DNA from: Paraspadella gotoi
Lineage: Eukaryota > Animalia > Chaetognatha
Length of the DNA stretch: 64,000 nt
Direction: 5' to 3'
NCBI GenBank assembly: GCA_051294375.1
Contig: CM119263.1
Location: 30,319,376 to 30,383,375, forward strand
The first letter of the stretch is position 1, and each line of letters opens with the position of its first letter. Below the pieces are notes generated by a model that worked only from the letters and a program-made list of their open reading frames with translations, did no database searches and had not been told where the DNA came from. Below are positions 20,967-34,100 of this stretch, one piece after another. Made by a program: the position numbers and the translations under genes.

Positions 20967-23900
20967 TCACGTCAACGTCTCCGTCTCAATCTCTCTCCCC
21001 GCCAAACCGATCAATTCTCTCAACTTCTCCGTCAACAAACTCCTCAACTCTTCCATCCCCTCCTCCTCTTCCTCTTCCTCCTCAATCCTCCCACGAATCC
21101 TCTCCATCCATTCCTCGTCCGACTCCTCGCTCCTCTTTCCTTCCTCCTCCTCTTCCTCCTCCAACGCCCCCATGATCTCCTCCATCTCCTCTTCGTCCAG
21201 CCTCAAAATGGAACCGGCGACGCGTTTGGCTTCGAGAAGGGCGCCGTCCGACGCCGCTTCTCCTCGCGGCGTCGTTTTCGATCTCATCCTCTTCCTTCTC
21301 TTCCCCGCCAAATCTCTCCGCGTCCTCACGACGTCCCGAGCGAATGCTTCGACCGCGGCGGCGAGGGCAGCGCGCCGACGCAGCGACGCAGCCAGCGACG
21401 CCCGCATCTCGACGAGTTTGGCTTCGGTGGCGACGGCGACGCCGCGCATCTTGGCCACGGCGATTTCCTCCAGTTCGGAGAGACTGCGAGTCGATTCCGT
21501 CAATTGGCGGCGGGAGGATTTAAGGCTGGAGGGAATGTTAATAATGTTAATAAGAAACGTTGCTAAATACCATAAATAAATATAAAGCGAAAAATAATGA
21601 AAATATTTAACTTTGAAACAAAAATATAACGTCTGATTTAAAAAATACAACATGTAAATGAGATTAAGAGATTCAAGATTATAAAGAATCATCTCTTATA
21701 TCTAACTTTTCCTAAGAAGTTAGCAATTACTAAGCAGAAAACTTAATTCGAAGAATTCCTAAATCCAGGTGTCATATGCCTCTCACCTCTTCTCCTTGGC
21801 CAAACATTCTTCCTTCAGTCTCTTCACCTCCTCCTCCTTCGCCTCCTTCTCCTCCTCCATCTTCTTCATCTTCTCCCTCAGTCCCTCCATTCTCCCCTTG
21901 GCCGCCCTTGCCGCCTCCTCGGCCTTGCGCTGCCTCTCAACGCGGTCTTCTTCGGCGTCGAGGAGTTGGTCGCGTTCCGAGACGACCGACTTGGACTTTC
22001 TCTTCATCTCTTCGATGAGCGACCTTTTCGCGTCCCTGTCTCTCTCCAAAGCCTTCATCTTCTCTCCCACGCGGGTTAACTCCGAGTTCAATTTGTCCTT
22101 CTCATCCACGACCCGCTTCATCTCCTCCGCGACTTTGCTCAACTCCTCTTTCGCGGCCTTCGCCTCCGCCGTCCCTCGCTTCGTCTCTTCGCTTCTCTTC
22201 GTCGCCTCCGATTCGCTCGTTGTCGCTGCCTAAGTTTTAAATTTATAATACGATTTTTAATAATAAATTACGATAAATCTGCTTTTATTTACTAAGTATA
22301 TATTTTTTTCATTTCTTATTACATTAGTCACTCATTTTCAGCTTTAATTCCCATTTTTAATTTAATTTATTCAAAATAATAATAATAATAATAATATTGT
22401 AATTTTCTTATTTCCTCACCTTCCTCAACGCATCCACTTCCTCCTTCAACCCTTCCATCCTCCGCTCCGCCTCCTTCGCATCCTCCACCTTCCGCCTCAC
22501 CTCTTCGACAGCTTCCCTCCTTTCCCGCCTCGCCTCTTCGAGTGCACACGCCGTCTCGCTCGCCCGTGACCGCAGCGCCTTGATCGCCTTGCGGCAGAGA
22601 CGCAGACGATTGCGGAGGGCGGGGAGGTGACGGTCGACGCCGCGAGAAGCGACGGCGTGGGTGACTGTCTTGGCGACGGAGGATTGGAAACTGTCGCGGA
22701 GATTTTTTAGCGTCTCTGGTTCGCTGGAGGTGGGCGTGCCGTCGGGGTCGTCTATGGGATCTTCGGAGACGTCTTCTCCGTCGCGTCTCTCTCTCTCCAC
22801 CTCGCCAGTTCTTCTCTCTTCCAATTCCTCTCTCAATCTTTCCTTCTCTTCTTTCAAAACTTCAATCTCTTTTTCTAATTTTCCCATCACCTCCCTCTTC
22901 TCTTCTTCTCCCTCTCTCCTCCTCCTCTCTCTCTCCCTTCTCTCCTTTCCCGCCTCCGCCTTCGCTCTCGCCAATTCCTCCTCTAATCGCCTCCTCTTCC
23001 TCGTCTCCTCCGCATTCCTTCCCTCCTTCTCTTCCTCTCCCCTCCTCCTATTCTCCCTCAACTCCCTCTCCAAATCCTCATTAGTTTTTCTTAAAATCGA
23101 GATCTGCGCTTCCCTCCTCTTCGTCCTCTCCATCGCCTCCACCCTCAAACCTTCCTCTCTCCTCCTCCCCAACTCCTCCGATTCCCTCAACCTCCTCCCT
23201 ATCTCCTCCGCCTCTTTCCTCGTCTCCTCCACCTTCCTCCTCCACTCCTCCTCCCTCTCCTCGGCCTCTTCCGCCATCCTCGCCGCCTCGGCCGCGTGGC
23301 ATTCGACGACGGCTCGATTCTCGGCGAGTCTCGCCCGAAGAAGATCCGCCTCTTCCGCCGAATCCAAGATCCTCTTGGCCAACTTGGAATTCTCGTGGCG
23401 AAGCAAGACTCGCTCCTTCAAGACGCTCTCTACCGACTGCGCCGTCAAGGCCTTTCGCTCGCGATCCTCGAGCCTTTCGATCATTTCGTCCAGGTCGGAC
23501 TGGAGGCGGGCGACTCGCGAAGCCCGACAATCGTGCGCAGCCTTCAGAGTTCGGAGAAGGGCGTCTTTAGAATGAAGAGCGCGGCGAAGGTCGACGAGCC
23601 TTTGGTCGAGAGGTTGGGGGGAAGAGGAGGAAGAAGAGACTTTTTTCTTGAGATTTTTGTTTTTGTTTTGATTTTTGTTTTGCTTTCGTTTTGTTTCATA
23701 TTTGTTTTCCTTTTCGTCGTCGTCGTCGACGGCGACGACGGATTCCATTTTCGACACGAGTTCAGTTTTCTCGCGGAGTCTCTCTCGAAGGGCCGTCTTT
23801 TTGGAAATTGGAATTAAATAATCAAATTATCAAATAATACTACAAAACAATTCGAATGAGCTGAAATAAAATAATTACAACCCAAACGTTAAAAACTTAG

Positions 23901-26670
23901 TAAATGATAATATTTAAATAATTAATGATTTAAATTAGCTCGAAATACTATACTGTCAAACTCAAACTTCCCCATTCTCTATCGCCTCACCTGCTCCGTC
24001 CTCATCGTGATCATCTCCGCCTCGCATCGCAACAGGTCTTCAGTGACTTGACTCATCTTCCCTTGGCCGGTCGACGCCATCGAGACTTGCGTCTCCCTCT
24101 CGCGCTGCCGCACTTTCTCCTCCTGCTGCTCCTTCGCCGCCGCCGCCGCAGCAGCAGCAGCCTCTGCTCTCAGTCGATCTCTCACTCCTTCCGCTTCTTT
24201 CTTCTCTCGCTCCAATCGATCCCTCTCCCTCTCCACCCCATCCCTTTCACGCTCCAGCCGAGCCTTTTCCAGCTCCAGTGCGGCCACCCTGGCTTTGGTC
24301 TCCGCCTTGAAAGCCTCCAAACTGGTCTTCAGAGTCTGGGCGTCGGCGTCGAAGGTCGACTCTTGGCTCTTGATGACGCGCTGGGCGTCGGCCTGGAGGA
24401 GCTGGAGTTGGCGGATGATGTCGGCCTGGGAGGCGGCTTTGTCGGCTTCGGCCTGGCGTTTGTCGTGGAGGAGGATCATCTCCTTGCGGACGGACTCTAG
24501 TTCGCGTTCCTTAGTTTAATGAGTGTTTAAAATATAATATAAATAGATATTTTAATTATTTAATTATAATAATTTATATTACAATTAATTAATTCGTTTC
24601 CTCCAATTCTAACCTTTGCTTCAATTAGCTTCTTCTCCTTCTCCCTTTGCGCTTCCAAACCCTTGACGATCAATTTGGCGTCAGCGACTTCCTTCCTCGC
24701 CGCCTCCAACTCCCCCGCCCGACCCTTCGTCTTCTCGACGACCTCTTCCAACTTCCGCACCTTCGCCTCCGTCTCCTCCAATGATCGTCGACTCCTCTCC
24801 GATACCTTGCTCGAGGATTTCGCCTCCGCCTCCGCCGACTCCAGTCTTTGCTCTAACTCTTTCATTCGAATCTCTTTGTCTCTTTCTCTTTGCACCATCT
24901 CTCGCTCCATCACATCGGCTCTATGCTCCACTCGCTCCCTCTCGGCCTTTTCAGCTTCGGCTACTCTCTTCGCCTCGACCGCCTCCTTCGCCCGCTCCTC
25001 GACGGAGTTGTGGGCGGCGACGAGGGCGTCCCGGGCCGCCGTCGCGTCGGCCTCGAGTTCGGAGAGACGGGCGTCTTTGGCTCGGAGTATCCGCAGGACT
25101 TTGGCGTCCTTCTCTTCCGACTTTTCGCGCTCGCGACGCGCGACGAGATCCATTGACGCCGCTACGTTGGGGTTGGCCACCTTTAATCAGTACAAGGGGA
25201 GTTAAATCGCGGGGAAGTACAGGGTTGGGACCATATATCGAGACAAAACTTAACGTCCTGCCCTGTCTGAACGATTTCAGATACAATAATAAAATAGGTG
25301 CCAAAAGATTTTTCTGTCTTTTTACTTTCATATGCAATGAAACAATAACAAATTTTAAACCACTACGGGGCGTTGTGGATGTTTTCAAATCATTTAGTCA
25401 TTTTTATACGCGCACCTTATTTTGCATAGTATAAAAGCCATACTTGTTAATATTTTTCAGTGGTCGTTTCTGAACATGACAGTGTCTTATCTTCAATTGA
25501 CCTGATTTTAAGCTTTTCATCACTATCCAAATTAAACTTTTTTTTTTTTCAGGTAAGTAAAACAAAATTTTAAAAAGATTTTAACGAACAGACCTTAATC
25601 GTCAAATACTTTGTATTTCTTACCGTTTTAACCCTTTTATTGTGCATTCAGAAATCTTACAGGATTAACTTAATTATCTGATAATATCATTAATATTTTT
25701 TTCGATAAAAGTAATTTTTAGTAAAAATAAAACCAAACAATAACTTACCAGAACCTTACCTGCTTACTTCAAATTATTTTAAACCAAAATGCAATGTACA
25801 TCTTGCCAGAAGCATTATTTTACTATGAGTATTTCCAAAAAATATTTTTAACTGTTATGTTTCAGAATGAGATTAAATAATAAGTTTTCAACCATTTTTC
25901 TTCCAAACCGCGTGGAGAAAATCGAGCAGTTGCCTTTGCTGCATCAAAAAAAGGATTATATAAAATAATTTCAAAATTATTAAAATATCGTCTAAGAGTA
26001 TTATACAAAATTACAAATATTTATTCAGATTATAAAAATAATTAAGAATTTTAGAAAAATGATTTTTTAATTTTTGTCTCGATATATGGTCCCACCCCTG
26101 TAAGCCCGTTTAATAATATTCTTTTATAATTTTTAACTGGTTTTATGATTTAGAAAGTAGAATTTGCGGGTGTGACCCTTCTTTGGTAAAACATATTGGG
26201 AAAAGCCCAAGACTATGAAATAATTGTTTTCTGATAATAAATACAGATATGTTAGCTCGGCTGATTGCTTTAAAAATAGAGCAGGAATCCTCCTAGCGAA
26301 AAAGCTATTCTGTAATTAATGACAAATTAAAAATGAGATCGAGTCAATCTCATTTGCATATTATCGTATTTTGATTTAACAAATTAGCTTCCATTACGCT
26401 ACCATTAAGCTACAATTCATCTACCTGCAGCCTCTTCCACAAAGACCACACAAACTCCTTGTCCGCCTTCATCTGCGTCAACTCTCTCGTCAAGGCGGCG
26501 TTGGTCAAATTCAAGCGACTAATTTCCTCTTCGCCGTCAGAGGCGCCACGAGGACGAAGCGTCTCCTCGTCTCGTCTTCTCGCCGTCGGGAGATCGGAGG
26601 AAGACGAGGAGGAGGAGGCGAGGGAGGAAGGAGTGGAGGAGGCGATGGGGACGAGAGATGATCGAGACAT
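20967..26670 (-). CDS. CNTLN: Centlein-like centrosomal coiled-coil protein
   Basis: ELTQMKADKEFVWSLWKRLQ|VANPNV...REREKSEEKDAKVLRILRAKD matches the recalled centlein N-terminal signature. Long coiled-coil exons; C-terminal AGSILRLDEEEMEEIM. Confidence 0.8.
25220..26100. mobile_element. Tc1/mariner-type MITE (881 bp) in centlein intron 1
   Basis: 29-bp TIRs CAGGG(T/G)TGGGACCATATATCGAGACAAAA with 1 mismatch, TA on both sides, no transposase ORF. Confidence 0.88.
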
Positions 26671-28154
26671 CGTGGAGGCTTCGAGGTTGAAGGGAAGTTT
26701 GGTCAAAGTCTAACGAAGATGATCAAGTCTTTCAATTACTACATCGCGGATTAAGAGGGCATCTCCAGTCGGATCCATTTTAAAATCCGGTCTGAATAAA
26801 ACGCCCGAAGACAGAAATTTCCAGCTCATTTTTCGAGTTTTTGTTGATTTAGAAGTAAGGGACATTGTTTATAAGGTTTGACGGCTTGAGCTTCGATTAA
26901 GAGCTAACAAAGAAAATTAGAGTTTCGATTTCTATAAATAGAATCCATTTTGAAACAAGATGCGTCGTTTGTAAAAATTTGTCACCGTTCAATCGACGAA
27001 AACAAAAGAAATTCCGACAACAAAAAAAAGAAAAGAAAGGAAAAAGTTCAGCTCTCTCTACACGAGGAGGGTACGCCGAGTCGGCCACGTTGGTTTTCCC
27101 GGTTGAATTGTTTATTGCTTCGACAACAGTCGAGTCTCTCTCCGAAGCGACATCTCTCGCTTTCGCTCTCTCTCTCTCTGCCTCGTTTTCGATCTTCGCT
27201 TTTCGATTTTCCTCTTCCTCGCGAGAGAGATAGACTTTAATCTAATTTGCATATTCGAGTCGGAAAAAAAAAACACTTTTTCCCCTCCTCCTCTTCCGTC
27301 CGTCCCTTTCCTGAGTTTTCGCACTTGGGTTCGAGGAAGCGAAAGGATTTTAAGGAAATGAAATAAAGAGTGAAACTTGAAAAGGGAAATTAAATGGAGA
27401 GAAATAGAGAGCAAGATGAGGAAAGAGTGTTGAGTAGAGAGAGATGGAGAGGCAGAAAGGATGATTCAGAAAAAAAATAAGAGGAAAACAACAGATTTCT
27501 AAATTCGTGAACAATGTGAAAAATTATAAGCCCCGATTAGTATATTTAAAAATTTAAATTTTATGGATTCGAAAGATTTTTCATGAAACAAAAGCTACTA
27601 AGTCTCAGCTGGGAAATGCTTAAAAACACACAAAAGTTATCGTAATTATATATGATTTCAGGCATTCTTAAAATCAACCAAACTAACTTTGTTAACACAA
27701 TAGTGAATAAATATTTCTTGAGCAACCACCCACTCATCCGAATTCCCTTATCGAACCGTAGTGATCAGCTGATCGGCCCATGGGCGCCATGGAGACGGGA
27801 CTCTGCTTCCCGCGATGAAAAAAAAAATTGGCTAATGAGTTTTTGGCGAAGATGATTGGCGCAGACGCGCGTGAATCCGCGTGAATCATCACGAGTCGAG
27901 TTTGTGAACAACGACGAAGCTCAAATTCCTTCACATCTTTTTAAAATCTAAAGATTAATCCGGATTTTGAAAAGCTTTATTCGCCGAGGTGAGGATTTAA
28001 TACATCTAACTTACCCTCAACGACGTCTAATAGGTTTTCCACCAAATCTACTGCTGCCAGCGTAAAAAACAAAGGTCTCACTCATCTAACAAACGTTTCA
28101 AGGTTCACAAAAAATTCACCCTTGCCTCAAGTCTCCCCCTCTCCACCCCCGACA

Positions 28155-31100
28155 ATGGAGGGTCATCAACTGGAGAGTCCAACGGAGGAGGCTTCGGCGA
28201 TGATCAGCGGTCCGCCTCCGCAGATCAAGTGGATCAACGCCTCCGCCCTCTACAACCGGATGCAAGTCAATCCGCAGTCGCTGCTGCTCATCGACGTGAG
28301 ACCCGTCGCCGCTTTTGCAATCGCTCACGTCAAAGGTGAGTTCGATCGGAAGTCAATTCTGGCGAAACCTTACTATTAACCTCAAGGGGAAATTCGCTGG
28401 CTTACCGATTAAATATTACTGCTACACCTTTTCCCTTAAGTTCTTTATTCTTTATGAGCTGATTGGCAAATTAATTGGCAACAGCCAGAGACATTTTTCC
28501 AAGATAGAGACTACAGAGCACATTTCCTTGGTAACTAATACTTCGCGAGCTGGGGATTAAAAATTCAATCTGTTATCTCCTGCCATACTGTCCAGTATTA
28601 GTTAAAACGTTCTTTTCTTTCTTTCTTGAGAGTTACTTCTTATTAGCTGAAAACATTATTTTTCAAAAAAGTAATTGCTTTTTAAAATTAATCACTTTTA
28701 ACACAAAAAAAACAATATTTAAAAAGGAAAAATAATCTTATTACTCGAGAGATCGTCAAAAGTCAGGGATCTGGTACGGATCTCGTCAGAAGACAAACCG
28801 TTTATTGAGGCCAATTATCAAAACGATTTAATGATAATGTGAAAAACCATTTATTAGCCAAATAAAATAGTAAACACAATATATTTGAAATAATGATATT
28901 TATGCTAAGAGTGAATATGATAAAAATAATATATCGTATCAATGTAATGTGTTGAAAAATAATCCTTTGCGAATGAGTATAGGGACACGTAACGAAAATG
29001 TTATGACGATCCCTCGGTAAATTAAAAAAACAAGGTGATAAATTGTTGTATATGAAAAAATAAGAGAAAAAAAATAAGCGTCTTTACAACAAAAAACATC
29101 AGAAGGACAACAGTCGCGTTTATTTGGAGGGAAAGTGATACGAATGACGACGACGACCAAGAGAAAGGGAAAAACAAAATACCGTCACTCTCTTCACATC
29201 TCTCTCCCGTGAGATTAAATTTCTTATCCTGATTCACGAAGCTTTTCTCTCTCCCTTTTAAGTTCCATCTCACGAGTCAACACAATAGTTTCACTGGACT
29301 CGATATTTCCGCGGGAGAGAGAAGAGATCGAAACAATATTTTTTTTTCTCCCCTAACTTCACTTTTTTGTCGATCGACGTCGCAAAAAAAAAAATCCAAA
29401 TCACTTATTCTTGTGGAAAACGAATAAAAGAGAAGAGGATATTGTATGGAGAAACGAAAGATGCGAAGTTCCGACGAACGAATTGGGGAAAACCTCGAGA
29501 GCGTCAAAAAAAACAAAAAAAAGATGAGGCGAGGCGAGGCGGAATCATCCTTCAGCAGAACTTCCATCTGTGGCCGCACTCGTTGCAGAAGACGAACGTC
29601 GTCATCGGCTCGTCGGCCGATCGTGTCTGGAGTTGGTTGTACGAGCAGTTGCTCTTACCGCATCGACCGCACTGAGAGATTGGGGCGGGAATTGAGAAAT
29701 TTATATTTCTATATTAATTATTAATACTACAGAGCAGAAACCTACTCACCTTAAATAAAGAAGTAGTTGTGCCTCCTTGCTTCGCCATTTGGTGATCTTT
29801 TATGCTCTCCTTTGTGAACGCCTCCCTGATTTTTAAAGAGTGATGATTAGCGAGCTCCGATATTGACGCATATCGACTCACCCGAAGACTTACCTCAAAC
29901 CTTTCATTTCGGAAGATGCCATTTCTTCGGACGTCATCGTCGCCAGTTTTTCGGGGGATATTAAGCCGCACATCACATTGTGACTAAAAATAGATAAGTT
30001 TATGTATTTGTACTATTGTATTACTACATCTTTTATTACATCATTAAATGCCACGAATGACGACTTACCTGAGCATTGGATTCTTGGAATCTTTGAGGTT
30101 AAAAACTCGCGACCGGACGCAATTCTTGTACTTCATTCCCGTGTCCGTGAAATGATCGAATATCGCGTCCTCGATCTAAGAGAGACGAAACAGAACTAGA
30201 GTTTTTTTGTTTTGTTTTTGTTTTTTTTTAACCGAGCGAAGGGAAAACACTCCCCCCCCCCACACCTGTCCGGCCATGTCTTTGTAGTCGAGGCCTTCCG
30301 TCTCGACGGGCTTGTTGGCCTGCAATGCGTTGGAAATCATCTCGCGGCATTTTAGTCGGACAGGGTCGGACGTGTAGGACACCATGCCGGATGCTGTCGG
30401 TTTGGCTTATGAAAATGTGAAGAAAACAATTAATATTCAGAGTTACATATTATTGTATCAAGCTCGTTATAACCGCGCCAACCCAAACTACTCACTCTCG
30501 TCGGCGTCGTCTTTGGGTGTGGAGGCGCCGGAATCTCCACCCGGCGTCATCGAGGATTCGGCGTCGCTCTTTCTCTCCACTTCTTTAGCGCCGGCGCTGG
30601 ATTCTCCGGCGCCATCAGCCTTTGCAGGCGTGCCGCCGCCGCCGTCGGGCAAAAGTTTTTTCCAGGATTTGATAAGAGCTTTGGCGGCGGAGATGACCTG
30701 ATCGTCCTTGGTTCGCTTCCGGAGATTGTTGACCGTCATTCCGATCTTGGTTTTCTGAATGGCGGGAAAAAACAAAAGGGAGGATTCGTCGTGTTTTTTT
30801 CGCTGTTTTTTTTTTATTTGGAAGCCAAGAAGCGAATGAACATTTGCTTTTATTCAAAGGGTTCTTACACTGTCCACCACCTCATTCAACCCCTCTCATC
30901 ATCTCATCCCTCTTCAATCCTCTTCATCCACCTGCAAGACTTCAAGCGTCATCTCCGTCTCCTTGAGCCTCTTGAGGATGTCGAGGGCGGAATCGCAGTC
31001 GTCGGCTGAGATCTTCTTTTCCAGTTTTTTGCCCAACTTCATCACCTCCTCTTCCAGCCCCATTTTGTTTTTCCTTTGGTTTTTGGTTATTTAAAGCGAG

Positions 31101-34100
31101 GTTTTATTTTGAGGAGAGAGAGAAGAAAATATCTCCTTTTTTTAGGGTAGAGGGAGAAGTCAGGAGTTTGTTGCTGTCGCTAAAAAAGTTGTAAGTATCG
31201 AGGTTCAAAGGCCACAGAATACATATAATTAATTGACGATTTCGCCAAACAGATTTCCAATGAATAAAGAATTTGCACTTTCAACAAATAAAAACGGAAT
31301 CTACTGACGGCGAATAAGCGGTCCAAATTTTTCGAATAAGCGGTATATAATTTTTATATTGGTTGTACCAATTTCATATTATAAAAAAAATAATTACAGA
31401 ATCACCAATGAAACAAAAGGAATGCGGGAAAGACTTAGAGTCTTGACATATCGGCTGATGACTACGATCTATGGCCGAATAAAATATTACGGCGGACTAT
31501 CGCGATTCGATGAGCATTGAGATCGGAACTTCTAGAGTACGAATGGCCGCAGTCAGTGTTACAATTCGGTTGTCCTCAATTGGAGGATGCGGCGAGCGGA
31601 GCGGGGAATGGCTCGTCGACCGGCAACGTCCCCGCTTCTTCGATGCGAACGTCGTGAGTGGGTTTGTGGCCGGCGCCGACGTTGACTTCCTCGATGCGAC
31701 GAACGACGCCGAGACCGGACAAGACTTTGCCGAAAACCACGTGCTTACCGTCCAACCATGGGGTCGACGCTGGTGGGTAATCAAAGACTTCAAAATAAGT
31801 AACAATATGAATGTTATAATAATATTCAACGAGTCTCGCACCGGCGCAAATGAAAAACTGCGATCCGTTGGTGTCGACACCGGAATTGGCCATGGAGACC
31901 CAACCGGCGCCGACGTGGCGAAGGATGAAGTTCTCGTCGGCGAATTTGACGCCATAGATGCTTTGGCCGCCGGTCCCGTCCCCGCGGGTGAAGTCCCCGC
32001 CTGAAAACACCACAAGAGGAAGAGAGTGAGATAGAAATGTAAGATACATAATCAATGATTATTGATGGAAAATATTGATTAGCAATATTGTAAGACGGGA
32101 ATTCCTGAGGTGTTAAGAGAATAATTTTCCGAACTAATAATGCCCTTCGGAAACTCATAATAATCAAATACTAACATACCACCCCACAATAACCTTGGAT
32201 CATGAAGCCCTTAATGACTCGATGGAAGGTCGAGCCGCGAAATCCGCACAACTTGTTGGCGACGACGACTCGTCCAGGTTTTTTGTGACAAGTTGCTAAC
32301 TAAAGCGAAATTTGAGAAGGAGAGAAGTTAAGAAAATTCAACCCCTCGAAGGTGGAATCAATCGAGACACGAACCTCGACGAAGTTGTTGACCGTCTTGG
32401 GGACGGTGCGACCGAAGAGGCCGATCTCGATGCGGCCCACGTTGGCTTGGCCGTGGAAAATCTCAAAGTAGACCTGCGAGAATAAGCGATCTTCAGAACA
32501 TTGTTATTGAGGGGGGAGGTAAGGCATTTCCATTTCTCATCTTTTTCTGTCTTTCTACGTAGACGGTATAGTTATCTCATCCTTGGATTTGATTACCTTG
32601 TGAGTGACGAGGGGTCGCCCGTCCTTCGTGAGTCCCGTTCCATCATCTTCCTCTTTTGACCAGGGAAAATGGTACAAGACGAAGACTGTGAAGAGAAACG
32701 CTAATATTTTTAGTAATCATTAGTAATATTATTAGTAATAATGATACTGACACCGGATTCTCCAACCCACGGAGCATCCCACTTACCAAGGAGTAGGAGA
32801 CCGACGCAGACGGCGACCTTTAGCCGATTCGGCGAACGGAGCTTCAAGAGCGCCAGTTTATCTACGTTGCCAAGGTGATTTAAAGAGTTATCGACCCCTG
32901 GAAACCTCGATTAGATAATCTGACCGATGCTCTGGAGAAAGTCAGCCTCACATTTCTCGTTCATAAATATGAGTTTTTAATTTTCTAAGAATTTAAAAAG
33001 GAGACAAATAAAAATAAAAGAAAAACGCTTCCCTAAGTTTAGTTTGTAATATTTTTTTGTTTTTTAATTGCGTTGAACGAAGAAAACCTTTTGTATTACT
33101 AAATATAATAGATTATATTATTATCTATTATACCGAATCTCCTAATCACTTTCCTCGTTCCAACAAAGAGGTCGATCCGGCGACGGGAACCGAATTTGAA
33201 AAAAAAATAAAGGATGAAACTTGGAAGACCAGAAATGAAATTTGTCTTTAAAGAGAAAAACGAAGATTCGCGAGCGAATCGTTTTCTTATTATTAAAACA
33301 TTAATTAATTAGAATAAAAGAATCTCGAGCACAGGATTTTTTTCACATTCTTAACCGTTCGGCTTTAGGGAGACCGACGGCAAGCCGATGAAGCTTATAT
33401 GGCAGTTATATAACGAGCGGAAAAACACAATATATTCATGTATGTATAAGACGCTTTTCTCGCTCGACGGATATATCGTTAAAAACAATTAATATTATTA
33501 ATTCCTACTGCAATCAACGAGCAACGAGCGAGAATCGACGTTCGAGAAAAAAAAAAACCCCCAAAACAATAAAAAGGTAAAAAGGGACAGGTGCACGTGG
33601 AGAGATATATTGGTTGAACCAATTTAAAAGAAAGACACCGTCGGGAATTTAAAAGACACCAAGAAGTTTGTTTTCTTTTATCCAAGATAGTAAACGTCGT
33701 TGTTTGCACGACTTAAAGAAAAAATTAAAAACAATACTTTGGCGCAGAACGGGGTTTTGTATTTTTAACAGAATAAAAAAATGTCAAGGCGATGCGCAAT
33801 TCAATTTAAACTTGGTTGATTTTAAAAATTGTTTCTTAGAAGTCGTTTTGTTTTTGTATTCTTTTTTTTTTTGTTATGAATTAGTTTTGTTTACATTCGT
33901 TGTTCATCTAATGGATGACGTTGGGTTTTGAAAGGGAAGGCGGCGTGAGCAGCGAGCGTTTAAAACTCTTCGGGGGCGGCGTTTTCGTCTCCGTCGGCGG
34001 CCTGGGTCAACCGATTATATATGTAAGTTACAGTGACTCACCCAGCGATCGTTTATCTCCGCCCCCCACCACCTCACAACTCGACTTGCCTGAAAGCCCT

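Noticed and set aside
20934-25434. Long + strand Ser/Leu/Phe-rich ORFs (e.g. 22661-23575, 24781-25434)
   Set aside because: Antisense shadows of the Glu/Arg/Lys-rich centlein exons.
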